Shown piece after piece: positions 1 through 10,362 of a stretch of DNA of 64,000 bases. Each line of letters starts with the position of its first letter. The first letter of the stretch is position 1. The stretch spans positions 22,425 to 86,424 of the forward strand of contig CALXVH010000002.1 of the NCBI GenBank assembly GCA_944391965.1, given 5' to 3'. The notes beneath the pieces were generated by a model that ran no database searches, was not told the origin of the DNA, and saw nothing but the letters and a program-made list of their open reading frames with translations. The position numbers and the translations under genes were made by a program. Source of the DNA: an uncultured Clostridia bacterium. Its GTDB lineage: Bacteria > Bacillota > Clostridia > TANB77 > CAG-508.

Positions 1-153
1 AAATTCGCCATTTAAAGTTACACTATATATTGGCTTATAAATAAAAATTATTGCTGCCCAAATTAGTGCTCCTGCTACGGCTAATAATGCTAATAATTTT
101 ATTAAAGTTCTAAAATTAATTAATACTTTTCTTACCTTAATAATTTTTAACAC
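1..153 (-). CDS. 5' end of a membrane-anchored protein (partial, continues beyond the window)
   Basis: The reverse strand reads (V/M)LKIIKVRKVLINFRTLIKLLALLAVAGALIWAAIIFIYKPIYSVTLNGEF just after an AAAGGAG-like RBS. It has a basic N-terminus followed by one hydrophobic helix. The start codon is uncertain (GTG at 151-153). Confidence 0.3.
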   Translation of the reverse strand, partial: MLKIIKVRKVLINFRTLIKLLALLAVAGALIWAAIIFIYKPIYSVTLNGEF

Positions 154-327
154 TCCTTTGTATACACATTGGTTATATAATATAATAAAAGATTTTTTTC
201 TTCAAATTTTAAAATCAATGATTTTTTCGCTTTTTTTCTTTAAAAAGTCTCTCTTTTTCTTTTTTTCTTCGTTTATCTATACAACTTAATATTTTTGTAA
301 CATTTATTTGCAATTATGTTAACATTT

Positions 328-365
328 CAAAACGCCCACACTATATAAAATGTAGGCGTTTGTTT
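328..365 (-). terminator. Rho-independent terminator candidate downstream of the coat-protein genes
   Basis: Hairpin aacgcc-caca...tgta-ggcgtt, with a T-run on the minus strand. Confidence 0.4.
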
Positions 366-376
366 ACAGTAATATT

Positions 377-619
377 TTATTGTAAATTATTTTTCACTTC
401 ATCTATTTCTGTTACAGTAGCTTTAGACGCTGGTTTATAATATCCCTTTGTTTGTGCGACCTTAAATAATTCATATTGAAAACTTTCATCATTATTTCTT
501 ATTTGTTGTAGAGTTTGTCTAAGCTCCATATTTTCACATTCTGCTATTGCGTTTTGATATGTTGTTAAATTAGACTTAACTCCTGATAAAATATCATTTA
601 CCATAATTTTTTCATTCAT
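377..619 (-). CDS. Spore coat protein F (Coat_F domain)-like protein
   Basis: 80 aa. The pattern NDILSGVKSNLTTYQNAIAECENMELRQTLQQIRNNDESFQYELFKVAQTKGYYKP matches my recollection of the Coat_F four-helix pattern (K..Y..A..E..N..LR...GWY.P). Confidence 0.6.
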   Translation of the reverse strand: MNEKIMVNDILSGVKSNLTTYQNAIAECENMELRQTLQQIRNNDESFQYELFKVAQTKGYYKPASKATVTEIDEVKNNLQ

Positions 620-641
620 TATAAAATCGAACCTCCTGATT

Positions 642-830
642 TTAATTATTTAAAAAACTCATCAATTTTTGTTTTGTATTTAAAGCATCTTGTGCAGACT
701 TTGCAAAAATTTGCTTAATTTGTGGATCAACAGCCTCTGAAGAATACGCATTCAACTTTTGATATGAAGTCTCATGTGCTCCTATAAGGTGTCTTAAATT
801 TTGTAATTCAACTTGACTTAAATTTGGCAT
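642..830 (-). CDS. Small CotF-like spore coat protein
   Basis: The helical protein LSQVELQNLRHLIGAHETSYQKLNAYSSEAVDPQIKQIF pairs with the Coat_F gene downstream. I prefer the ATG at 830 (MPNLSQ), which follows AAAGGAGTG plus a 5-nt spacer, over the ORF-track start at 848. Confidence 0.5.
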   Translation of the reverse strand: MPNLSQVELQNLRHLIGAHETSYQKLNAYSSEAVDPQIKQIFAKSAQDALNTKQKLMSFLNN

Positions 831-892
831 ATTATCACTCCTTTTCATTTTTTTATATTATTATCCAATTTTCATTTTTTATACATCGAATT

Positions 893-947
893 TTACAGAA
901 ATTTTGGTGTGTCGCATAGGGATTTGGGGACGTTCTTTAAATCCCTC
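893..947. repeat. Palindromic intergenic repeat, copy 1 (inverse orientation relative to copy 2)
   Basis: The core agggatttggggacgttctttaaatccct lies at 918-947. Its reverse complement matches copy 2 at 1637-1664 with one mismatch, and about 25 nt of flank (tatgcgacacaccaaaatttc) is also shared. Confidence 0.7.
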
Positions 948-967
948 TATTATAAAACTGTGACCTC

Positions 968-994
968 AAAAAAACTGCCGGTTGGCAGTTTTTT
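968..994 (-). terminator. Bidirectional rho-independent terminator
   Basis: aaaaaaa-ctgcc-ggtt-ggcag-tttttt, directly after the stop codon of the HAD gene. Confidence 0.65.
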
Positions 995-1562
995 AAACAT
1001 TATTTTCAAGTAACAATTTTTCTATTTCTTTCCAACTATTTACTCTAGTTAGTTTCTTCTCTTTTAATTCTTCCTCACCAATATTTTTATTGTGATATGC
1101 TGTAAATAATAATTTTAATTCTGCTTTTCCTTTTAGTTTATCAACACTATCATCAATTCTTATATCTGCATCTACTAATTCTTTATCAGATAAAAATATA
1201 AATTTTTTTGGATCTATAAAAGGTAAATTCTTAGTTAAGTAATCAAATTTATTTTTTAATTGATTTCCTGATATTTCTGGTTTATCCCTAAAAATATATG
1301 CGGTAATTATATATATATCATATACTTTATTAAGTTTTTCTATAACTTCTGGTGCATCTTTAACTATATTTACATAGTCATATACATTCTTTTCTTCAAA
1401 ATATTTTACCCATTCTTCAAATTTATCTGCAGGTATTAGATCATTTACGTAATATGAATTTGCATCTTCTGCTCTATAATTAGTACCTAAGAATTCATTT
1501 ATCATACGAATAAACCCATTTTCACAAATAACATCGTCCATATCAATTAATAACTTTTTCAT
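993..1562 (-). CDS. HAD-superfamily 5'(3')-deoxyribonucleotidase-like protein
   Basis: The N-terminal HAD motif I is LIDMDDVICENGF. Size and layout fit the NT5C-type nucleotidase family. Confidence 0.55.
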   Translation of the reverse strand: MKKLLIDMDDVICENGFIRMINEFLGTNYRAEDANSYYVNDLIPADKFEEWVKYFEEKNVYDYVNIVKDAPEVIEKLNKVYDIYIITAYIFRDKPEISGNQLKNKFDYLTKNLPFIDPKKFIFLSDKELVDADIRIDDSVDKLKGKAELKLLFTAYHNKNIGEEELKEKKLTRVNSWKEIEKLLLENNV

Positions 1563-1636
1563 TCCATTCTCCTCTAATATATTTATGATATTTAGCTAAT
1601 TACTATAATCATTGATTTTTATACTTAATATTAAAT

Positions 1637-1692
1637 AGGGATTTAAGGAACGTCCCCAAATCCCCCCCTATGAGACAACTCAAATTCTTATT
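1637..1692. repeat. Palindromic intergenic repeat, copy 2
   Basis: agggatttaaggaacgtccccaaatccc followed by ccccctatgagacaactcaaattc. The 7-bp arms GGGATTT/AAATCCC enclose GGAACGTCC. Confidence 0.7.
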
Positions 1693-1696
1693 TAAA

Positions 1697-3985
1697 TTAG
1701 TCTATAATTTCTAGATTTGCAAATTTTGCCATTAGTCGTTTATGTCCTACTTTGTCAAATTGAATGTCTAATTTTAAATCGTCTCCTTCTGGTTCTATTT
1801 TACTTATATTTCCTTCGCCAAAACGTTTATGATATATTCTTTGACCTTCTTTATATTTCGATAAATCTGTTGTGTTTCCTTGTGATTTGCTATTTAGTTT
1901 TGCTAAAAAGCTTTCTGCAGATTTAAATGCAAAACTTGGTTCTGGCTTAGCATTTGGTATATCTACTTTATAGCTTACGACTTTTCCATTATTGCCTGAT
2001 TTTCCATAGCTCCATTCATAACTACTTTCTTTAAATTTATTTTCTGGTTCGCTTTCTATTTCATTTGCACCTTCTAGCATGTTTTCTGGTATTTCTTTTA
2101 CAAATCTTGATACAGGATTACAGCTTGTTGAACCAAACATTGTTCTTTGTCTACTACATGTTAAATATAAATTATTTTTTGCTCTAGTTATGCCTACATA
2201 ACATAAACGTCTTTCTTCTTCTAATTCCTTTGGCTCTCCTATAGATTTATATCCTGGGAAGATTCCTTCTTCCATACCTACTAAAAATACTACTGGAAAT
2301 TCCAATCCTTTTGCTGAGTGTAATGTCATTAATGTAACAGATTCTTCTTCATCATCCATTCCATCTATATCACTAGAAAGAGTTATTCCCTCTAAGAAAG
2401 TGCTTAAATCATTATCTGCCTCTTCTTCTTCGAATTGTACTGCAACAGTTAAAAATTCTTCTAGGTTCTCTATTCTGTTTTCTGCCTCTATACTATTTTC
2501 ATCTTCTAAAGCTTTTGTATATCCTGTTTCTTTTAAAGTATGTTTTATTAATTCTGTAATTGTATACTCATCTTTCTTACTTATTAAATCTTCTATAACT
2601 TCTATAAATCCTTGTGCATTTGCATATACTCTACTAAGACCATATTGATCTGCTTCTTTTATTATTTGATACATTGGTATTCCAGTTTGTTCTGATATTG
2701 CTTGTATCTTATCTAAACTTGTTTTTCCGATTCCTCTTTTTGGTTCATTTATAATTCTTTTTAATGCTAAATTATCTGATGGATTATTAATTAATCTTAA
2801 ATAAGAAATTATATCTTTTATTTCTTTTCTTTCATAGAATTTAAGCCCTCCAACAATTTTATATGGGATATCTTCTCTTCTTAAAATTTCCTCTATTGCT
2901 CTTGATTGTGAGTTCATCCTATAAAGAATTGCAAAATCTGAATATTTATAATATTCTTCTCTTTTTAGATGATTTATTTGCTCTACAATATATCTTCCTT
3001 CATCATATTCATCATCTGAAACATGAAATGTTGGTAATGCTCCTTTTTCATTTTCTGTCCATAATTTTTTCTTATATTTTACTTCATTATTTTGGATTAC
3101 AGAATTTGCTGCATTTAATATATTTTGTGTACATCTATAATTTTGCTCTAATTTTATTATTTTTGTTCCTTTAAAATCTTTTTCAAAATTTAAAATATTT
3201 GAAATGTCTGCACCTCTAAAACTATAAATTCCTTGGTCATTGTCTCCAACTACAGTAATATTCCCATGAGCCTTGGCTAACATTCTAATTAATGTAAATT
3301 GTGCTTTATTTGTATCTTGATATTCATCTACTAATATATAATTAAATTTATTTGTATAATAATCTAATACATCATCATTTTCTCTAAATATTTTTATAGC
3401 ATAATTTATAATATCATCAAAATCTATAGCATTATTTTCTTTTAATCTTTTTTGATACAAATTATATACAGAAGCTATTTTTTCTCTTCTATAATCACCT
3501 TTTACCATAGCTTCATATTCTTCTGGTTCTTTCATATCATTTTTTGCATTGCTTATTTCGAATTGAACAATCCTATCTGTAAACATTTTATCATCTATTT
3601 GTAAGTCTTTTAAACATTCTTTAATTAATGTTCTTTGGTCTGATGTATCAAAAATTACAAAAGAATGGTCAAAACCAATTCTATCTATAAATCTTCTTAA
3701 AATTTTAACACATATAGAATGGAATGTTCCAATCCACATATCTTTTGCATCATCACCTACTAATCCCTCTACTCTTTCTTTCATTTCGTTTGCAGCTTTA
3801 TTAGTAAATGTTATTGCTAATATATTCCATGGTTTTATATCTTTTTCTTCCATTAAATATGCTATTTTATGTGTTAATACTTTTGTTTTACCGCTTCCTG
3901 CACCAGCTATTACTAAACATGGTCCATCTGTATTTACAACGGCTTCATATTGTTTGTCATTTAAACCTTCTAATAAATTTTGCAT
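1697..3985 (-). CDS. pcrA: ATP-dependent DNA helicase PcrA/UvrD family
   Basis: 762 aa with Walker A GAGSGKTKV, DEYQDTN, TLHSAKGLEFPVVFL and RLCYVGITRAK. Confidence 0.9.
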   Translation of the reverse strand: MQNLLEGLNDKQYEAVVNTDGPCLVIAGAGSGKTKVLTHKIAYLMEEKDIKPWNILAITFTNKAANEMKERVEGLVGDDAKDMWIGTFHSICVKILRRFIDRIGFDHSFVIFDTSDQRTLIKECLKDLQIDDKMFTDRIVQFEISNAKNDMKEPEEYEAMVKGDYRREKIASVYNLYQKRLKENNAIDFDDIINYAIKIFRENDDVLDYYTNKFNYILVDEYQDTNKAQFTLIRMLAKAHGNITVVGDNDQGIYSFRGADISNILNFEKDFKGTKIIKLEQNYRCTQNILNAANSVIQNNEVKYKKKLWTENEKGALPTFHVSDDEYDEGRYIVEQINHLKREEYYKYSDFAILYRMNSQSRAIEEILRREDIPYKIVGGLKFYERKEIKDIISYLRLINNPSDNLALKRIINEPKRGIGKTSLDKIQAISEQTGIPMYQIIKEADQYGLSRVYANAQGFIEVIEDLISKKDEYTITELIKHTLKETGYTKALEDENSIEAENRIENLEEFLTVAVQFEEEEADNDLSTFLEGITLSSDIDGMDDEEESVTLMTLHSAKGLEFPVVFLVGMEEGIFPGYKSIGEPKELEEERRLCYVGITRAKNNLYLTCSRQRTMFGSTSCNPVSRFVKEIPENMLEGANEIESEPENKFKESSYEWSYGKSGNNGKVVSYKVDIPNAKPEPSFAFKSAESFLAKLNSKSQGNTTDLSKYKEGQRIYHKRFGEGNISKIEPEGDDLKLDIQFDKVGHKRLMAKFANLEIID

Positions 3986-4138
3986 CTTTATTCTCCTTTA
4001 GCGATATTTTGTTCTCCTGCAAATTATATCATAATTCTGTATTTTAACAACATAAACTTACACTTTTTTTACTTTTGTTAAAAACTTTTCGTAATAACAG
4101 AAACACACGAAATCCTCTATTTCAAAATAAAACTTTTT

Positions 4139-4170
4139 AAAAAGCAGTCCTATAAATTAGGACTGCTTTA
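4139..4170 (-). terminator. Rho-independent terminator after the histidine kinase gene
   Basis: 8-bp stem gcagtcct/aggactgc with a 7-nt loop and a T-run on the minus strand. Confidence 0.65.
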
Positions 4171-4202
4171 TTCATGTGTATTAGTATTATAAGTAGTTCT
4201 TC

Positions 4203-6263
4203 TTATACTCTTTTAAATTTAATAGCAACTTTAAATAAATCTCCATCTAAATAAATATTAAAAGTTCCATCTTGTAATTCTGTTAAACTTTTAGCAATAG
4301 AAAGACCTAATCCACTTCCTTCTGTATTTCTAGATTTATCTCCTCTAACAAATCTTTGCATCAATTCATCTGCAGAAATATTTAATTCATCTTTAGAAAT
4401 ATTTTTTACATATATTGCAACAGTATTTTCCTCTTCTAATATACAATCTATATAAACTCTAGTATTTTCTTCTGCATATTTTGCAACATTACTATACGTA
4501 TTTTCTAATACTCTATATAAATATCTACTATCTGCTTTAATATATATAGTTTCTTCTGGTAGTTTACTTATAATATTTAGTCCACGCCCATTAAATTTAT
4601 CTTCAAATTCTCCTGTTACTTGATTTAGCAATTCTTTAACATTTAATACTTCTTTATTTATTTTTATATTTCCTGAAGATGCCTTTGATGCTTCTACTAA
4701 ATCTTCTATTAATTTCTTTAATCTCTGTGATTTATTATCTAAAACTTCTATATATTCTTTTGCTTTCTCATTTTGTATATTTTCTTGTTTTAATAAATCA
4801 ACATAATTAATAATTGAAGTTAATGGAGTTTTAATATCATGAGAAACATTTGTTATAAGCTCTGTTTTTAGTCTTTCACTTTTTAAGCTTTCTTTTATAG
4901 CGTTAGAAAATCCTCCGGCTATGTCATTGATGTACACTGCAAGTTCCTTTAAAACTCCTGTATATAAAGATTCATCTAATTTAATATTTGTATCACCCTT
5001 ATAAATTTTTTCTGCAGCATCATGTATTTGTTTAAACTTATCGACTTCTTTCATAATTTTATAATAGCACCAAATCCAGAAAACTATATCTAATAAAATT
5101 CCAAATCCACCAAAAACTAAAATCAAGATTCCAGATACTGCTATCATTCCAATAAAATATAATGCTATTTTACCACCTAAATTTTTATTTGCTGAAATTG
5201 TATTTTTTACATTTTTATATTTTTTTACTATCCATTTTAGAATTCTATACGTAATTGAGTTCTTAAAAAATGTATGTACTTTAATTCTTTTTAATAATGT
5301 TCCTGCTCCACATAATGCACTTAATATTGAAAAATATCCAACTAACATAATAAGCATAACACATAAATTAACATCAACAGCTACTACACTAAAGCAAATT
5401 ACTAATAATGCAGCTTCCACAAGGAATAATAAAGAATAAGCTCCAATCAATATTTCTAGTGGAATTTTATCTAACCAAGATAAATAAATATCCTCTTTAT
5501 TTTTTACATGACCTAAACTGTAAATTAAATATATAAGTTCTATTGCACCTAATATAATACTAACTGCTAAAGTTGAATATGCATATTTATATAGTGCCTG
5601 TGTCTGATTATATAGAGCTCTACTAAGTGTTATATCATTTGTAGAATCTAAATTTTGTACTGTTTCATCAAAAGCTGTATAATATTGTTTATTAGTTGAA
5701 AATTCACTTATCTCCTGTAAATCTTCATTTCGTACTATATTTTCTTCTGATAATCTATCTATATTTGTTTGAATTTGATTATTAGATATTGACCAATATT
5801 TATTATTAGTTATTATTTCTTGTTTTAGCTTTTCTAAGGTATTTGTTTTAGCGGTTTGTTGTATATTGGTATATGCAATCTTTGTTTCTTCATTTATTAA
5901 TAAATATATAAATTTTTTCTTTGTATGATTTGTTTGATAATATATTCTGTATTCTCCATCTTGTACATAAATTGGCATTCTATCATTTTCTTCTGCTGGA
6001 TCTATCCAATATCCATATTCATCTATAAAATATCCTTCTTCAACTTCATCTTTTAAGCTTGAACTTTTTCGTTCGACTTCTCCTAAATAAGATTCTATAA
6101 ACATATCTGTGTCATAAAAATCTTTATTTTCTTTTATTTCTGGGTGTGCAACAGAGTAATAAATTAATACGCAATCAATTATTATTATCATTGCAAATAT
6201 TGGTAATGTTAAAAAAGCAAGAATTTTTAAAACCTGATTTTTTAAAATACTTTTTTCTTCCAT
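4203..6263 (-). CDS. Sensor histidine kinase with a large extracytoplasmic domain and multiple TM helices
   Basis: H-box NVSHDIKTPLTSI and ATPase boxes (ENTYSNVAKY, GSGLGLSIAK). It is adjacent to an OmpR-type regulator. Confidence 0.85.
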   Translation of the reverse strand: MEEKSILKNQVLKILAFLTLPIFAMIIIIDCVLIYYSVAHPEIKENKDFYDTDMFIESYLGEVERKSSSLKDEVEEGYFIDEYGYWIDPAEENDRMPIYVQDGEYRIYYQTNHTKKKFIYLLINEETKIAYTNIQQTAKTNTLEKLKQEIITNNKYWSISNNQIQTNIDRLSEENIVRNEDLQEISEFSTNKQYYTAFDETVQNLDSTNDITLSRALYNQTQALYKYAYSTLAVSIILGAIELIYLIYSLGHVKNKEDIYLSWLDKIPLEILIGAYSLLFLVEAALLVICFSVVAVDVNLCVMLIMLVGYFSILSALCGAGTLLKRIKVHTFFKNSITYRILKWIVKKYKNVKNTISANKNLGGKIALYFIGMIAVSGILILVFGGFGILLDIVFWIWCYYKIMKEVDKFKQIHDAAEKIYKGDTNIKLDESLYTGVLKELAVYINDIAGGFSNAIKESLKSERLKTELITNVSHDIKTPLTSIINYVDLLKQENIQNEKAKEYIEVLDNKSQRLKKLIEDLVEASKASSGNIKINKEVLNVKELLNQVTGEFEDKFNGRGLNIISKLPEETIYIKADSRYLYRVLENTYSNVAKYAEENTRVYIDCILEEENTVAIYVKNISKDELNISADELMQRFVRGDKSRNTEGSGLGLSIAKSLTELQDGTFNIYLDGDLFKVAIKFKRV

Positions 6264-6277
6264 CTCTTCACATCCTT

Positions 6278-6976
6278 TTAAATATTCTCTATTTTATATC
6301 CAATTCCCCATATTACTTTTAAGTATCTTGGTTCACGTGGATTTATTTCTATTTTTTCTCTTATATGTCTTATGTGTACCGCAATTATATTCTCTGCTCC
6401 ATAAGATTCTTCTTCCCAAACATTTTCATATATTTGCGATATAGAAAAAACCTTTCCTTTATTTTTTGTTAAGAATTTTAAAATATTGTATTCCGTAGGA
6501 GTTAGCTTAATATTTTTTCCATCAACAGTAACTTCTTTTTTACTATCGTCTATTACTAGTTCCCCAGATTTATATATATCATCATTTTCTTCCTTTTGAT
6601 TAATACTTCCTAATTTTGTGTATCTTCTTATTTGTGAATTTACTCTCGCTACTAATTCCATTGGATTAAATGGCTTAGTTATGTAATCGTCTGCACCTAC
6701 ATTTAAGCCTTTTATTTTGTCATAATCTTCTGATTTTGCAGACAGCATAATTATTGGAATCGCTTTATCTTTTCTTACCTTTTCTGCTACACTTATTCCA
6801 TCTAATTCTGGCATCATTATGTCTAATATAACTAAATGTAACTCTTTATTATCTATTATTTTTAAAGCCTCTTTTCCATTGTATGCTTTATATATTTGAT
6901 AACCTTCTTTTTCTAAATATATTTCTATTGCATTTACTATTTCTTTATCATCATCACACACTAAAATATTATACAT
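6278..6976 (-). CDS. OmpR/PhoB-family response regulator
   Basis: Receiver motifs VCDDD and LDIMMPELDG, with a winged-helix C-terminus (YLKVIWGIGYK). Confidence 0.9.
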   Translation of the reverse strand: MYNILVCDDDKEIVNAIEIYLEKEGYQIYKAYNGKEALKIIDNKELHLVILDIMMPELDGISVAEKVRKDKAIPIIMLSAKSEDYDKIKGLNVGADDYITKPFNPMELVARVNSQIRRYTKLGSINQKEENDDIYKSGELVIDDSKKEVTVDGKNIKLTPTEYNILKFLTKNKGKVFSISQIYENVWEEESYGAENIIAVHIRHIREKIEINPREPRYLKVIWGIGYKIENI

Positions 6977-7103
6977 AAAATCCTTCCCCTTTATCCGAAT
7001 CTATTGGTATTATACCATTTTATTTATTAAGAAAAAAGAATATAAATTATTAATGTTTTATTAATAATTTATATTCTTCTTCTAATTTATATTTAATTAT
7101 TTT

Positions 7104-8219
7104 TTACTCTATATTTTCTTGTGCTTTTTGTTCTAATCTATAATTTACAAAATCTGATACTAATAATTTAATTACAGCAGCAACCGGTGCTCCTAAGAAC
7201 ATTCCTAATATACCAAAATAAGCTCCACCTACTGCAACTGCAAATATAACAAGTAATGGACTTAATTTTAAAGAACCACCTACTATTTTTGGATTAATAA
7301 TATTAGCATCTATTTGTTGTAAAATAATTACTATTACAAGCATCCATATTGCTTGCGCTAAGCCTCCTGTAACTAATGTTATTATTGCTGAAATTGCCAC
7401 TGCAAATATAGCACCAAAATATGGTATAAGGTTAAGCAATCCTATAAAGAAACCTAACAATACAGCATATTTCACTCCTAATAATGACATAGCTATCGAT
7501 GTTAATATTCCTACGACTATTCCATCTAATACCTGGCTTGATAAAAATTTAAAGAAGTATTCATTTGCATTATTAAAATACTTGATTAATCTTTCTGCAG
7601 TGTTTGGTTTAAATACTGCTATAATAAATTTTTTTAAAGCCTTTACTAATTTGCCTCTTGCTGCTAATACATATACAGAAACTACAATTGCAACAAATAT
7701 ATTTAATAGGCTTGTAGCAAAACTAAATATACCAGATAAATAATTTAATATTTGCATAATATCTATTTCTTTTAATTTTGCTATTGCCTGCTCTAAGAAA
7801 TCTTTCTTTAAGAAAGAGTCATCTGGAAGAGCAGAAAATTTATTCATAATATCAGTTATATACCCTTGTGAATTATTTATTAATTCTATTATACTATCAT
7901 ATACTCTTGGTATAAGAAATTTCATTGCAATTATTAAAATAATTAAAATCAATACATATATTATTATTACACTGATTGGTCTTGCCTTTTTCTTTATGAG
8001 TTTTAATTTTCTTTTTTCTAGCTTTTTTTCTATTCCTCTACATGGTAAATATAATATATATGCTATTAAAATACCTGCTAGAAACGGACTAAGTATCTGA
8101 AAGAAATTACCTACTATTTGCTTTAAATTATCAAAATTATTAAATATATTAAATACAATTATAATTGCCACTCCAAAGCTAAACCAATATAGCCATTTTT
8201 TCCAACTATTTTCTTTCAT
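7104..8219 (-). CDS. AI-2E family transporter (PerM-like permease)
   Basis: A polytopic membrane protein with the characteristic C-terminal NIINPKIVGGSLKLSPLLVIFAV...GMFLGAPVAAV. Confidence 0.8.
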   Translation of the reverse strand: MKENSWKKWLYWFSFGVAIIIVFNIFNNFDNLKQIVGNFFQILSPFLAGILIAYILYLPCRGIEKKLEKRKLKLIKKKARPISVIIIYVLILIILIIAMKFLIPRVYDSIIELINNSQGYITDIMNKFSALPDDSFLKKDFLEQAIAKLKEIDIMQILNYLSGIFSFATSLLNIFVAIVVSVYVLAARGKLVKALKKFIIAVFKPNTAERLIKYFNNANEYFFKFLSSQVLDGIVVGILTSIAMSLLGVKYAVLLGFFIGLLNLIPYFGAIFAVAISAIITLVTGGLAQAIWMLVIVIILQQIDANIINPKIVGGSLKLSPLLVIFAVAVGGAYFGILGMFLGAPVAAVIKLLVSDFVNYRLEQKAQENIE

Positions 8220-8240
8220 TTTTTTCTTCCCTTCGCTTAA

Positions 8241-9008
8241 TTAAATATTTAAATCCAATTCTACTGGACAATGATCACTACCATAAATATCATCTAATAT
8301 TTTCGCATCTTCTATTTTATCTTTTAAGCTTTCTGAAACTATAAAATAGTCAATTCTCCAACCTGCATTTTTTTCTCTGGCATGAAACATATATGACCAC
8401 CAGCTATATTTTCCTTCTACTTCTGGATATTTATATCTAAATGTATCTATAAAACCTGCATTTAAAAGCTCTGTCATTTTTGCTCTTTCTTCATCTGTAA
8501 ATCCAGCATTCTTTCTGTTTGTTTTTGGATTTTTTAAATCTATTTCATTATGAGCAACATTTAAATCCCCGCACATTACAACAGGTTTTTTAGTACTTAA
8601 ATCTAGCAAATATGCTCTTATTTCATCTTCCCATATTTGTCTATAATCTAATCTTTCTAATTCTCTTTTAGAATTTGGAGTATAAATATTTACCATATAG
8701 AACTTTTCGAATTCTAATGTTATTACCCTTCCTTCTTTATCGTGCTCTTCTTTACCAATTCCATAAGTTACATTCAAAGGTTTTTGTTTAGTAAAAATTG
8801 CTGTACCGGAATATCCCTTTTTCTCTGCACTATTCCAATAAGCATTGTACCCCTCGAATATTTGTAGAATAGTTTCATCTAATTGTGCTTCTTGCATTTT
8901 CGTTTCCTGAATAGAAAATATATCAGCATCTACTTCTTTAAAGAAATCTTTAAAACCTTTATTTATAACTGCTCTTAATCCATTTACATTCCATGATATT
9001 AATTTCAT
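8241..9008 (-). CDS. xth: Exodeoxyribonuclease III
   Basis: [13 protein letters not shown] at the N-terminus, GDLNVAH and [10 protein letters not shown]. This is the EEP nuclease fold at 255 aa. Confidence 0.9.
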   Translation of the reverse strand: MKLISWNVNGLRAVINKGFKDFFKEVDADIFSIQETKMQEAQLDETILQIFEGYNAYWNSAEKKGYSGTAIFTKQKPLNVTYGIGKEEHDKEGRVITLEFEKFYMVNIYTPNSKRELERLDYRQIWEDEIRAYLLDLSTKKPVVMCGDLNVAHNEIDLKNPKTNRKNAGFTDEERAKMTELLNAGFIDTFRYKYPEVEGKYSWWSYMFHAREKNAGWRIDYFIVSESLKDKIEDAKILDDIYGSDHCPVELDLNI

Positions 9009-9074
9009 AATACTTCCTTTCTAGATAAAATATCTTTTTACATTTGTTATATGTTGACTAAAATTATAATATCT

Positions 9075-9131
9075 AAAAAAGCCAATGAATTAGCTATTAC
9101 ATATTGTAATTACCAATCCATTGGCCATTTT
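9075..9131 (-). terminator. Terminator-like hairpin between the G5 protein gene and xth
   Basis: gccaatg...cattggc arms flanked by A-runs and T-runs on both sides, with an inner palindrome attaca-tat-tgtaat. Confidence 0.4.
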
Positions 9132-10121
9132 TTAATACCAACCTTTAGATTTTGAGTGACTCCATGCTGCTGATGGCGAACCATATCTTGAGCTTATATA
9201 ACTTAATCCCCAATTTATTTGAGTTTTATAATTTGTTCTATAATCAGTTCCTGCTGTAGCCATTTTACTTGCTGGTAATGCTTGTGGTATTCCATATGCA
9301 CCTGAACTTGAATTGTATGCATTTGGATTCCATTTACTCTCTTTGTTCCAAAGAGCAACTAAACAATTAAAGTCTGCAGTTGACCAACCATATGCACTAC
9401 ATCTTGCTCTTGCATAAGCTTGATATTCTGCTACACTTCCAGATATATAAGTTCTACCACTTGAACTTCTTGATGTTGTTTGTTTTGCTCTTACTTGAAC
9501 TATTTTATTTACTGGTTCTTCAAGTACTACAGAGCTTACCTCTGTTCTTTCTATTTCTACATCATTTTGATATTTAACTCTATATGTTACTTCTTTCTTG
9601 CCTTCTTTACCTTCTTGTATAACTTGGTCTTTAGTTTCACTAGCACCATTTGCTACATTTTTTGTTACTGTTTCAAAAGGTATAGATTGAACTTCTACTA
9701 TTGTTTTCTCTGTTATTGGATTATATGCTTGTGCTATCATATCCATACTTAACTCAGTTGTTTTTTCTTCTTCGGTATTTGCAGCTTCTGTTTCGTTTGA
9801 TACTAATTCTGCAACTTCCTCTTGTGCTGTTTTTTCTGAAATTATTATTTCACCATTTGCACCAATTGTTGTATTTTCATCTGGTGTTACTTTTTCCTCT
9901 GGTAATAATATGATATGTTTTTCATCTAATATATCAGCAACTTTTGTTTTTGATGTTACTATATTCATTTCACAGCCATTAGATAATGTAATTTTTACAT
10001 TTTTAACTTGTTTGTTTGCTGCGAATACACAAATTCCTGATATAAATAAAAATATTAAACAAATTCCAATTATTCTTTTAACCGATATAGATGCTTTTTC
10101 ATCATCTTTAATCTTTAACAT
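9132..10121 (-). CDS. Membrane-anchored DUF348/G5-domain protein with a C-terminal lysozyme-like (transglycosylase) domain
   Basis: N-terminal TM helix and a G5-like segment (QEGKEGKKEVTYRVKYQNDVEIERTE). The C-terminus reads WNKESKWNPNAYNSSSGAYGIPQALP...INWGLSYISSRYGSP. Confidence 0.7.
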   Translation of the reverse strand: MLKIKDDEKASISVKRIIGICLIFLFISGICVFAANKQVKNVKITLSNGCEMNIVTSKTKVADILDEKHIILLPEEKVTPDENTTIGANGEIIISEKTAQEEVAELVSNETEAANTEEEKTTELSMDMIAQAYNPITEKTIVEVQSIPFETVTKNVANGASETKDQVIQEGKEGKKEVTYRVKYQNDVEIERTEVSSVVLEEPVNKIVQVRAKQTTSRSSSGRTYISGSVAEYQAYARARCSAYGWSTADFNCLVALWNKESKWNPNAYNSSSGAYGIPQALPASKMATAGTDYRTNYKTQINWGLSYISSRYGSPSAAWSHSKSKGWY

Positions 10122-10362
10122 AAATTCCTCCTTCGTGCGCCTGCACGATTAAAAAGTCACAAATTAAGCTTATTTCCCATAAGCAGATTTTATTATACTA
10201 TATATTTTTTCATATGTCAAATTTTCCAAAATTGTTAATATTTACTATATTATATTCATTGAAGGCAAGTTTTATGCATATATTTTATTTGTGTTACATT
10301 TATATTATATGTTGTATTAAATCATATAATATGCTAAAATAACTGAAAGGAGGAGAGTATAT

